In this document: positions 18,262-27,790 of the stretch, in pieces | How the letters are laid out: each line of letters opens with the position of its first letter | Numbering within the stretch: the stretch's first letter is position 1 | Assembly: GCA_021736335.1 (NCBI GenBank) | Contig: JAIPGC010000001.1 | Span: 23,700 to 87,699 of the forward strand | Direction of reading: 5' to 3' | Length of the DNA stretch: 64,000 bases | DNA from: Acholeplasmataceae bacterium | Lineage (GTDB): Bacteria > Bacillota_I > Bacilli_A > Acholeplasmatales > Acholeplasmataceae | Program-made: the position numbers and the translations under genes | Notes under the pieces: model-generated | Seen by the model: the letters and a program-made list of their open reading frames with translations, nothing else | Databases searched by the model: none | What the model was told of the DNA's origin: nothing

Positions 18262-19476
18262 TTACATAAATAATCCAAATATAATACCCATACCTAAACC
18301 AAGAAAAGTACCTATCGCATATCCTATTGATCCACAAATAAGTCCTGGAACCGTTAAGGTATCATTTTTGAGTTGTTTGGTTATTGCTGGAACAAAGGCT
18401 GGACCATAAATCCCTGCTGTTGCTGTTACAATCATACATTCACTATCTATCTTTAAAAATCTTGCAAATACAATATGGAGCATGAATGAACCAACGGTTA
18501 CACTACCATAGATAATGAGAAACTCCATAAAGTTATTGTTAATCAGTTTTGAAAAATCAATTGAAGAAGCTAATGCAAATGAGAAGACTAGTATGAGATA
18601 ATGTCCTAAAATGTTTGTTCCTTCGGTCTCTCTTATCTTCTTGCTAAATGATCCGATGATACCAAAAATTGTAACTCCTATCAGCATGACTGGAACTAAG
18701 AAATCCAACATTCTACCTTCTTGTGCACCAAGAAGCACCCATATCAAGATACCGATACCAGCAGAAATAGCTGTCATACCAAAAGCAACAAGAAATGCTT
18801 GAAATAAACGTTTTGAGGTTTTGAAATCTCTGAAATTGAAATCTTCTGTATTCTTCATATCAGATTCAGCTTTAAGATATTGACTTTCTTTTTCAAAAGG
18901 GAGAATCTTGCTAATCAAAGGCTTAGCTAGAAGTAGTAGAAAAACATAGAAAAATGCTCCAATAATCATATCCGAGAGGTTTGATAATGTGATAAGGTTT
19001 TGTCTTGTAGTTTCTCCAGCTCGAGCTAAAAAGATATTTAATATAGCATTAAGATTTGGTGTGCCACCAGTGTATACACCGATGGTTGCAGCTGATAGTG
19101 CATCACCATGCGTTATGTATCTTCCATAAACAAAAAAGACGATTGCTGAAACAATTAGTACAGCGACTATGAGGGCTGCAAAAGATTTGATGACAGGCTT
19201 TGATAATTTTTTAGCTTCTTTTAAATTTGCTCCAAATAGCAATAATGGAATACCAATAGCAATTGCTGCATATGAACCAATTTCCCCAATATCACTATTG
19301 AGTTTAAAATTCACATTGAGTTGATTTAATCCAAAAATGAAACCTGCAACAACTAATCCTAAAAAATATGTGATACCAATAGTACCAAAGATTTTTGTTG
19401 GTTTGAAATCCTTAAAAAGAATAATTAAATAGGGAATAAGAAATATTAATAGTATATGTAATAGATTCTGTATCAT
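18262..19476 (-). CDS. DUF819-family multi-pass membrane protein
   Basis: GIPLLLF, GVYTGGTPNL, TAGIYGPAFVP, GYAIGTFLG motifs; about 11 hydrophobic segments. Confidence 0.75.
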   Translation of the reverse strand: MIQNLLHILLIFLIPYLIILFKDFKPTKIFGTIGITYFLGLVVAGFIFGLNQLNVNFKLNSDIGEIGSYAAIAIGIPLLLFGANLKEAKKLSKPVIKSFAALIVAVLIVSAIVFFVYGRYITHGDALSAATIGVYTGGTPNLNAILNIFLARAGETTRQNLITLSNLSDMIIGAFFYVFLLLLAKPLISKILPFEKESQYLKAESDMKNTEDFNFRDFKTSKRLFQAFLVAFGMTAISAGIGILIWVLLGAQEGRMLDFLVPVMLIGVTIFGIIGSFSKKIRETEGTNILGHYLILVFSFALASSIDFSKLINNNFMEFLIIYGSVTVGSFMLHIVFARFLKIDSECMIVTATAGIYGPAFVPAITKQLKNDTLTVPGLICGSIGYAIGTFLGLGMGIIFGLFM

Positions 19477-20573
19477 TTGTTAATTTCCTTTCCATAAATG
19501 CGATAGATGTTCGCTATTTTGCCATCAAACATTGAAAATGTCGTAAGTGCTGAATCATTACTTTCCATAACTGTTCCAGCTTCAAATTCTTTAATACCCA
19601 TGTTTTTAAACTCTTCATAAATCTTTTTATAGATATATCCAAGTAATCCTGTTTTCTGATATTGAGGGATGACATACTGCATCATACCTCTGACTTTAGT
19701 AATCTTTTTCTTGCCTAAAATCATTCTAATAGGTCTTATTTTTCCTTTAAGTTTTTTAAATACTTGATTGTAATCAAGCAAACAGAAGAAGAAACCAACC
19801 GGTCTTCTTGTATCATGTTCTCTAGCAATCATGATGATTCTTTTATCTAAAAACATGCGCATATTTTCAGCAACACTCTTAATCAGATCAATAGATGGTA
19901 TCTCCTGGTATATGATTTCATGATCAGCAGCAGATAATATTTCATGTATATCTTTGATTTCTGAATCTACTTGATGCAAGTTGATATAATCAACATCAAT
20001 TTTATATTTTCTTTCAAAGAATTGACTGAATCTTTCGAGTCTCTTCGCTCCATCCTCACTGTCTTCAGGTTTAATACTATAGGTATCTCTACTTTTTGAA
20101 AAACCATAAGTTTCTAGTAATTTTGGAATATACGATTTGTTATACGATGTGAAGATTACTGGATCACTTTCAAATCCTTGAACTAAAATCCCACGTCTAT
20201 TATCTGGATCATAAGGTGTGAAACTACCTTCAGAGTATAAAACATCATGCTCCTTCATATCGTTTTCCATATAATCAAATAGTTCTTTTGTCACTTGATT
20301 TGAATCTATTGCATCAAAATAGGACCAGTAACATACTTTTTGATCTGATTTGGGATTATATGACATCTGATATAAAAGTCTGCCATGAATCTTGTTTTGG
20401 TCATCTAAAGACAATATGGCTGTATATGCCTTTTTCATCAAAACTTCATTTTTTAATTCTTTCGTGAGTATAGAAAAAAGAGGATAAATATAATGGGGAT
20501 CATCATGATACAAATCCTTCACATAATAAATAAACCTCTTCAAATCTTGTTTGTTTTGAATTACCTTAATCAT
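19473..20573 (-). CDS. GNAT-superfamily N-acyltransferase (YghO-like, two-domain)
   Basis: GILVQGF..P.IFTSYN..Y..LLE.YGF.K, VIPQYQKTG and VMESN motifs; overlaps the downstream gene by 4 nt. Confidence 0.65.
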   Translation of the reverse strand: MIKVIQNKQDLKRFIYYVKDLYHDDPHYIYPLFSILTKELKNEVLMKKAYTAILSLDDQNKIHGRLLYQMSYNPKSDQKVCYWSYFDAIDSNQVTKELFDYMENDMKEHDVLYSEGSFTPYDPDNRRGILVQGFESDPVIFTSYNKSYIPKLLETYGFSKSRDTYSIKPEDSEDGAKRLERFSQFFERKYKIDVDYINLHQVDSEIKDIHEILSAADHEIIYQEIPSIDLIKSVAENMRMFLDKRIIMIAREHDTRRPVGFFFCLLDYNQVFKKLKGKIRPIRMILGKKKITKVRGMMQYVIPQYQKTGLLGYIYKKIYEEFKNMGIKEFEAGTVMESNDSALTTFSMFDGKIANIYRIYGKEINK

Positions 20574-20853
20574 GATTACCTCCAGGTATGCTGACTTGAA
20601 TGCTTGGAAACATTCATTGATTTATGATTTTAACATGATGTTGACTCATTTAGGAACTCATTGATTACTGAATATATTCTACTATAGTTTCAAGGCTTAG
20701 TCAAAAAAAGGATAATAAATGATTATAGCTTATAGATAAATGTCATGACCGAATAGGCAAAGGGATTGTTTTGTTAAAACAAACATGAGGCTCCTGAACA
20801 TATTTATGTGTTACAATAAATCATATCAATGATAAAAAAAAGGAGTAAACCAT

Positions 20854-22260
20854 ATGCATCTACTCGAAGTACTTATCTTCGTATTATCTCTTGTTATGAT
20901 TGGACTATTGATCACCAAAAAAAATATAAAGAATATCTATGTTCTATCTCTTCCAATCATAACTATTTTAGTCATTATATTACATTTCTTAATAGATGGA
21001 ACAAGATGGCAAATGTATGCACTTTATATTGCAGTCATCATAATCATAGTCTTACTCTATCTTAAAATCTTTAAACAGGATCATATTAAGCAGTTCATAA
21101 AAAGAATCTTAATTGTTTTTTTATCATTGTTCATGTTTATATCACTACTTTCAGTCATTGTCTTCCCAATTTATGAAATACCTTCACCAACAGGAGATTA
21201 TTTGATAGGTACAGAATCTTTTGTTATAGAAGATCAGAATCGATATGAGCTTTATAGCGATCAATCTAATGAATTTAGAAAGATAAAGATTCAAATCTGG
21301 TATCCAGCACAAATGGTAGAAGGTTACCAAAGAGCTCCTTGGTTAGAAGATGGTCAAGTTGTTGCTCGTGCATTAAGTAAAGATACAGGGCTACCATTCT
21401 TTGTTTTAGACCATGCAGCAAATATTATGTCAAATGCATATCACATGGCACCTATCAGCTTAGATTTAAATGAATATCCAGTCATTGTTATCTCTCATGG
21501 TTGGCGGGGATTTAGAAACCTTCACACTGACATGGCAGAAGAATTGGCAAGTCTTGGATATATCGTCATAGGTATTGATCATACTTATGGATCGGTTGCT
21601 ACAGTATTTAGTGATGAAGATATTGCATATTTGAACTTAGATGCATTACCTCCAAGAGAAACAACACCTGACTTTATTGATTATGCGAATCAATTGGTTA
21701 ACACATATGCTCTAGATATTTCTACAACACTGGATTATCTTGAAGAATTAAATGATGTGAGTAGCACTTCGAGATTCAGCGGGAAATTCGATCTTACTGA
21801 AATCGGACTATTAGGACATTCTACTGGTGGTGGAGCTGATGTAGCAATCGCTATAGATGATGATAGAATAGATGCTTTAATTGGATTAGATGCTTGGGTG
21901 GAACCAATCGATGATGAAGAAATTAATCAAGGATTAAGTATACCATCACTATTTTTGAGAAGTGGCTCTTGGGAAACAGGGTTGAATAATACCAATTTGT
22001 ATGCATTAATTGAGAGCAGCACATATCCATCTGAGTTTTATCAAATAGATGGGACAACACATTATGATTTTGCAATGGTCTATATGTATTCGCCTTTAAC
22101 AAGATACATCGGATTTACAGGAAGTGTTGAAAGCAGATATCTGAATACAATTTTAAAAAGTATGATCTCAGATTTTTTCAATGAAAACTTAAGAAACGAT
22201 AGTAACAGTGAAATAGATGCTAATCAATGGGATGAAGTTAGAATGATTAACTTGCAATGA
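20854..22260 (+). CDS. Membrane-anchored alpha/beta hydrolase (PAF-acetylhydrolase-like)
   Basis: N-terminal TM helices; IWYPA, ISHG, ELASLGYIV.GIDH, nucleophile GHSTGG, LDAW, THYDF. Confidence 0.85.
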   Translation: MHLLEVLIFVLSLVMIGLLITKKNIKNIYVLSLPIITILVIILHFLIDGTRWQMYALYIAVIIIIVLLYLKIFKQDHIKQFIKRILIVFLSLFMFISLLSVIVFPIYEIPSPTGDYLIGTESFVIEDQNRYELYSDQSNEFRKIKIQIWYPAQMVEGYQRAPWLEDGQVVARALSKDTGLPFFVLDHAANIMSNAYHMAPISLDLNEYPVIVISHGWRGFRNLHTDMAEELASLGYIVIGIDHTYGSVATVFSDEDIAYLNLDALPPRETTPDFIDYANQLVNTYALDISTTLDYLEELNDVSSTSRFSGKFDLTEIGLLGHSTGGGADVAIAIDDDRIDALIGLDAWVEPIDDEEINQGLSIPSLFLRSGSWETGLNNTNLYALIESSTYPSEFYQIDGTTHYDFAMVYMYSPLTRYIGFTGSVESRYLNTILKSMISDFFNENLRNDSNSEIDANQWDEVRMINLQ

Positions 22261-22348
22261 AAAATATATACGGAAATAGAAAAAGTAATTATAGTTTGAA
22301 TATGCACTTTTAATTATGTTAAAATAGTCTCATTAAGGAGTTGATTTT

Positions 22349-23143
22349 ATGTATCCGTATTTACTTCCAGAAATTTTCAACTATACAATTCCAATGTATG
22401 ATTTACTCATCATGGTTGGTATCTCTCTCATGTTAGCTTATGTGATTCATCGGTTTGAGAAAAGAGATGGTTTTACCAGACAACAAACCAATCGGTTATT
22501 GATTTTAATCGTCATCAGTTTATTGGTAGCATTGATGTTCTCATTTCTATTAGATGGAATCTTTCACTCGATTCAAGAAGGTGAATGGACATTTGGATCT
22601 GTTAATTTCTTAGGCGCACTGATTGGTGGTTTTGCATCATTTCTTATCTTGATGAAATACTTTTATAAAGATGACAATAAAGACATGAGAAAAATAGCAA
22701 ATACTGTCATTACAGGTGTGGTTCTTGCACATGCTGTTGGGCGTATTGGATGTTTTTGCGCTGGTTGTTGTTTTGGAGTGCCTACTGAATCATTTTTAGG
22801 AGTTATCTTTCCTCACGGACATGCGCATCTAGAATTTCCAGGTGAAGCTATATTTCCTACACAGCTATTCGAAGCAGGATTCTTATTTATTTTATTTATT
22901 TTACTCAATAAGGTTAATACCTTTAAGAATAAAGAAGTAGAAACATACCTTGTTGGGTATGGTCTATGGAGAATAGCAATTGAATTCATTCGTGGCGATG
23001 ACCGTGGTGTTTTATTACCATTATTTTCTACCGAATATAATGTATTTCCAACACCTTCACAATTAATCAGTTTAGGTATGATTATTTTAGGTGCATATCT
23101 CATTTATCGACACAAATCTCAGATTAAGATTAGAAACAATTAA
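22349..23143 (+). CDS. lgt: Prolipoprotein diacylglyceryl transferase family protein
   Basis: G..F.G.LIGG, GRIGCF.AGCCFG, PTQLFE, R..IEFIRGD motifs. Confidence 0.85.
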   Translation: MYPYLLPEIFNYTIPMYDLLIMVGISLMLAYVIHRFEKRDGFTRQQTNRLLILIVISLLVALMFSFLLDGIFHSIQEGEWTFGSVNFLGALIGGFASFLILMKYFYKDDNKDMRKIANTVITGVVLAHAVGRIGCFCAGCCFGVPTESFLGVIFPHGHAHLEFPGEAIFPTQLFEAGFLFILFILLNKVNTFKNKEVETYLVGYGLWRIAIEFIRGDDRGVLLPLFSTEYNVFPTPSQLISLGMIILGAYLIYRHKSQIKIRNN

Positions 23144-23149
23144 ATCATC

Positions 23150-23177
23150 AATGATGTCATATTGACGTCATTTTTTT
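23150..23177 (+). terminator. Terminator-like hairpin after lgt
   Basis: ATGATGTCA-TAT-TGACGTCAT followed by a T-tract. Confidence 0.6.
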
Positions 23178-23190
23178 AAAAGAAGGTATC

Positions 23191-23991
23191 ATGAGTAATA
23201 ACAAATGGAACATGAGCAATCACACATTTCAATCGATTATCATTATATTGTTGCTTGTAGCAATGATTGTTTTTTCTGTTGTTGATTTTCATCTTTTTGA
23301 GAATATTAAAGATCAAAATATGATAACAAATTCGATTTTAAGACTACTTGGTGGGTTTGTCTTTATAATTATCATCACAGGTTTTGGTTACTCCAAGCTA
23401 TTTAAGGCTTCTCATTTTTGGAAATCTCTAGTTATCATCATTCCAGCGCTGATTATCTCAATTAATAATTTTCCAATCATTGCATTTTTAGATGGAAGAG
23501 CAGTGTTGACTGAGCCAGTATATCGTGTTTATCTTTTCTTTATTGAATGCTTGACAACTGGATTTTTTGAAGAAATCATATTTAGAGGTATTATCCTTAT
23601 ATTTTTAGTGAACAAATTTGCCCATCTAAAAAATGGGTTATTACTATCAATTGTTATGTCATCTCTCTTTTTTGGATTGATTCATATATTTAACCTCTAT
23701 AGTGGAGCATCAATCATAGATACCTTGATGCAAGTAGGTTATTCATTTCTAGTAGGTATGATGTGGGCAGTCATGTTTTTGAAAACCAAGAATATTTGGC
23801 TCGTTATGATATTACATGCAACATTTAATTTTTTCGGTCAGGTGATGTTCTATCTAGGAAACGTAGATGGAAGATATGATATTTATACAATTGTTTTAAC
23901 CATAGTGTTAGCTATTATGGTTTCTTTGTATGTGATTAAGCAATACAATCAAATAAATTCATCTGATACAATGCCTCGTGATATTGCATAA
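23191..23991 (+). CDS. CPBP (CAAX/Abi) intramembrane metalloprotease
   Basis: EEIIFRG, FGLIH, HATFN motifs. Confidence 0.9.
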   Translation: MSNNKWNMSNHTFQSIIIILLLVAMIVFSVVDFHLFENIKDQNMITNSILRLLGGFVFIIIITGFGYSKLFKASHFWKSLVIIIPALIISINNFPIIAFLDGRAVLTEPVYRVYLFFIECLTTGFFEEIIFRGIILIFLVNKFAHLKNGLLLSIVMSSLFFGLIHIFNLYSGASIIDTLMQVGYSFLVGMMWAVMFLKTKNIWLVMILHATFNFFGQVMFYLGNVDGRYDIYTIVLTIVLAIMVSLYVIKQYNQINSSDTMPRDIA

Positions 23992-24069
23992 AACTATATG
24001 TTATATTTATATAAATTATGGTAAAATGAGTGCAATCAGTGAAAATTCATCATAGATTTATACGGGGAA

Positions 24070-27000
24070 GTGAATAACATGAGACGAAGCATATTGATCT
24101 TACTAGCTTTATTTTTAAGCATATCTCTCATAGGTTGTAAGAGCGATTCCATAAAGGAAATCGATTCAATTAGTGTTGATACAAATACTTTAAAAGAAGC
24201 TTATGAGTCTGGAAATTTCTCAATTGAAGAGATTGAGATTTTTGTGTATTATCTACATGGATCATTTGAAAAAATAGGTTTAACCGAAGATATGATTAGC
24301 GCAAGTGATTTGGAAAAACTTAATGATCTTGGTGATCATACGATTACTATTACATATAATGGTAAAGAAACAACTTTGACAATCAGATTGACCAAGTCTT
24401 TGTTCATCAATAACAATCTAACGATGGCTTTGTGGCGAATCTTCAATATAGGACAAGAAATTGGCGTTCTTCCTGAAACAGCAGTCTATGATGAATGGCT
24501 AGAAGAAGTAACAGGAACAAGTACTATTCCAGATGCTCTTGGTCAAAAAATTGTTTTGAGAACGACTAAAGACTATATTCAATGGCAATATCCAGAAGAT
24601 TCATCATGGACCAATTTGCTTAATTTAACAAACTTAACTGGAAACGAAGATCATACTGGTTTATCAGCTTATGATACATATCTCTTATATAATCCTTCAT
24701 ATACAGGAAGTCTTTCAGAATGGGTGCAAACTCTTGTCAATGGGGACTTAACAATTAATGTTCCTGATCAAGTACTTGCAAACTATTTAGATGGTGTTGA
24801 TTTATCTCAATTGAGTGGTGAGAATAAAGCTATAATTTATGCTGCACTTGAAAGATATTTGCTTGAAAATGTATATGGTGGTGTTCCACTTTATACTAAA
24901 GGAAATAAAATAATATATTCTGAAAGAACACAATTGTTCAGTCCGGAATATAATGGTGTTCTAGGATTTGGTGATAAGTTTTCACAATTCACAGAAGATG
25001 ATTCTAACGTCTTAATGCATGGTAACACTTACGGCAATGTAGGCGAATATACATGGAGAGCATCATTCAATACAGACCCAACAAGTCTAAACCCATGGAA
25101 TGCTGATGATTCAAATACAGAAATATTTACTGATTTATTTAGTGGAGCTTTATTTGACTTCTATTTTGACAGCTCCAAAACTGGGTTTGAAATTTTACCA
25201 AGTTTGGCAAAATCAGAACCAATTCCAATTAATCCTGTAATTATCAATGGTAAGGTTTATGCTAAAGTATGGCAAATTGAATTAAAAGATGATCTTCATT
25301 GGGCATTTCATCCAGATACTGATACTTCAGTACTTCCATCTGGATATGCTGATTTAGATGCTTCTGACTATTTATGGACTTGGCAGTATGCTTTAGATCA
25401 TGACTGGTTTAGAGCTAAATCTGGTGGGGGAGATTTTGTGAGTCAAGGCATTAAGAATGCCTATGAATACTTAGAAGGTACTGCGAATTGGAATCAAGTC
25501 GGCCTTCGTTTGGCTGATGGCAAGACAAATACTATAGAACTGGAATATACAAATCAGAAGAGTGCTTTTGATGTTAAGTACAGTTTTGCTGGATCTGTTT
25601 TGACCCCAATCAATCAAGAATTATTTGAAGCACTTGGACAAGATTACGGGTTAACTCCAGCTGATGTTGCTTCAAGCGGTGTTTACGTATTTGAAACTTG
25701 GGAACCAGACGAAACATTAACGTTTTCAAAAAATGAATTACATCCCGATAGCGAAATGTATCATTATACGGGATATCAATATCGATTTATACAAGGAGCA
25801 GACAATATTTTTGCAGAGTTTATAGCTGGAAGACTAGATAGCAGTGCTGTTCCTGCTTCTGAAACATTAAATTATGCTGATGATCCCCGGGTTAAAAATG
25901 CAACAGATTATACGACTTGGAGATTGATGATTAATGGGTTTGGTACAGAAAATGCAAGAGACGCATATATTGAAGCTCATCCTGATGTTGATATTAGTAG
26001 CACATTTGTTCCAGAACCAATTCTACAATATCTTCCTATGCGTCAAGCTTTATATTATGGATTTGATAGATATTACGCAGCTATTGATTTAGTTAAAACA
26101 TACATACCAGCACATACATTGTTAACCTCAACTTACTTTATAGATATTGAGTCAGGGCTATCTGTTAGAAGTACTGATGCTGGTCAAGCTATCTTTGAAG
26201 ATTTTGGTGGAGGAACAAACGGTTATGATTCTGATGCTGCCCTAGATTTATTCAAGGATGCAGTAGCTGCAGGTATTGCTGATGGATTCTATACTGCTGG
26301 TACTGCACAAGCTTATACTGAAATTGAATTAGTATTAACTTATGCATCAAGTGGTAATCTATCAGTGCAAACAATGGTTGAAAACATCAAAGAACAGTAC
26401 GAAGCATTATTTGTTGATGATGTTCATTTTGTTAAGGTCTTAATTACTGTTAATGATGTTGCATTTCCTGATAACTATTATGACTACATGATGGTTGCTA
26501 ACACAGACTTAGGTCTTGGTGGTATTAGCATGAGTTTTAATTTAAATCATCTTGATGATTATTGCGACGATAATCGCAGTGGTTTTACCCTTAACTGGGG
26601 CATTGACACGCATAGTGTTAACATTCCTATAATATATAAAGATGTCAATGGCCGAACAGTCAATGAATTATGGTCATATAATGCTTTAGTCTCCGCACTT
26701 TATCATAAAGCGTTTATTAAGGATGGTCAGACAGTAGATATTTGGTTTGGAATGGATGGTTCGATTGACAATTACTTAAAAACTTTTGATGAAATCCTCG
26801 AGACATCAAGAGATGGTCGTTCATTGGCAGAAATTATTTTAGGTGATACCTTAGAAAATATAGCACTTGATGAAGGCTTTGATGATTTAAATGCTTTGAT
26901 TGTTCAAACAGAAAGTGGTAAGAATTACTTAATGATCGTTTCCTTTCAAAATAATCTTTATAGGATGTATCGCCAAACACAATTATATGAAACAGCTGAC

Positions 27001-27246
27001 GAAGCAATTTTAGGGCATTCTGGATATGATTTAATTTCTCCAGCCGTATTATTAATAACAGATATAGAAATTGCTGCAAATGCCTATATTAATGGTGAAG
27101 ATTTTTCTACTAGAGCTGAAATTGCAGAATACACAGATGCACCACTAGAATATGCTGAAATCTATGCAACAAATTGGGATGGTTGGTCAGATGCATATGT
27201 TTTACTTCATATTGATGATTACTATATTGGATGGTATTGGTTATAA
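24070..27246 (+). CDS. Extended OppA-like (family 5) peptide-binding lipoprotein with N-terminal Ig-like module
   Basis: Lipobox LIGC; PTSLNPW, LPSLA, ASDY..TW, SSG.YVF..W, RQALYYGFDR motifs; extra N- and C-terminal domains. Confidence 0.7.
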   Translation: MNNMRRSILILLALFLSISLIGCKSDSIKEIDSISVDTNTLKEAYESGNFSIEEIEIFVYYLHGSFEKIGLTEDMISASDLEKLNDLGDHTITITYNGKETTLTIRLTKSLFINNNLTMALWRIFNIGQEIGVLPETAVYDEWLEEVTGTSTIPDALGQKIVLRTTKDYIQWQYPEDSSWTNLLNLTNLTGNEDHTGLSAYDTYLLYNPSYTGSLSEWVQTLVNGDLTINVPDQVLANYLDGVDLSQLSGENKAIIYAALERYLLENVYGGVPLYTKGNKIIYSERTQLFSPEYNGVLGFGDKFSQFTEDDSNVLMHGNTYGNVGEYTWRASFNTDPTSLNPWNADDSNTEIFTDLFSGALFDFYFDSSKTGFEILPSLAKSEPIPINPVIINGKVYAKVWQIELKDDLHWAFHPDTDTSVLPSGYADLDASDYLWTWQYALDHDWFRAKSGGGDFVSQGIKNAYEYLEGTANWNQVGLRLADGKTNTIELEYTNQKSAFDVKYSFAGSVLTPINQELFEALGQDYGLTPADVASSGVYVFETWEPDETLTFSKNELHPDSEMYHYTGYQYRFIQGADNIFAEFIAGRLDSSAVPASETLNYADDPRVKNATDYTTWRLMINGFGTENARDAYIEAHPDVDISSTFVPEPILQYLPMRQALYYGFDRYYAAIDLVKTYIPAHTLLTSTYFIDIESGLSVRSTDAGQAIFEDFGGGTNGYDSDAALDLFKDAVAAGIADGFYTAGTAQAYTEIELVLTYASSGNLSVQTMVENIKEQYEALFVDDVHFVKVLITVNDVAFPDNYYDYMMVANTDLGLGGISMSFNLNHLDDYCDDNRSGFTLNWGIDTHSVNIPIIYKDVNGRTVNELWSYNALVSALYHKAFIKDGQTVDIWFGMDGSIDNYLKTFDEILETSRDGRSLAEIILGDTLENIALDEGFDDLNALIVQTESGKNYLMIVSFQNNLYRMYRQTQLYETADEAILGHSGYDLISPAVLLITDIEIAANAYINGEDFSTRAEIAEYTDAPLEYAEIYATNWDGWSDAYVLLHIDDYYIGWYWL

Positions 27247-27262
27247 AATATATTAGGAGATT

Positions 27263-27760
27263 ATGATGTTAGAAAGTAAAAGATTGATTTATGATTTTTG
27301 GACAGAAAATGAATATGAAGAGTTAAAAGATATTTTAGGAAATCCTGCTGTTTGTGAATTTCTTCCAGGCAACAAACAAAAATCAGATGAAGAATTACAA
27401 AAATGGTTAAACTTCTATGTCAAATCTAATGGTGATGCCTATGGAAATAGAATCTATAAAGTCATTTTAAAGGATACCCAAGAAGTTGTTGGCTATGGTG
27501 GATTTTGTTATGTCAAAGAGTTTGACAAAATCGAAATCATGTATGGCTTTAAAGAAGAAGCTTGGGGAAAAGGGTTTGCGACAGAAGTTGGGCTTCATCT
27601 CAAGACTTTGGCAAAAGAACTCAACTATGATTTTTTAATTGCACTTGCTGATATTCATAATGAAGGTAGCAATAAAGTCTTAGAAAAAATAGGTTATATT
27701 AAAATCAAGCAAATTCATTTATGGGGTTTAGATTTATTTTATTATGAAATGAATATTTAA
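27263..27760 (+). CDS. GNAT N-acetyltransferase (RimJ/RimL-like)
   Basis: LESKRL, EIMYGF...WGKGFATE, N.GS.KVLEKIGY. Confidence 0.9.
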   Translation: MMLESKRLIYDFWTENEYEELKDILGNPAVCEFLPGNKQKSDEELQKWLNFYVKSNGDAYGNRIYKVILKDTQEVVGYGGFCYVKEFDKIEIMYGFKEEAWGKGFATEVGLHLKTLAKELNYDFLIALADIHNEGSNKVLEKIGYIKIKQIHLWGLDLFYYEMNI

Positions 27761-27790
27761 TTTAACAACAATAAATCTTTGAGGGGTAAG

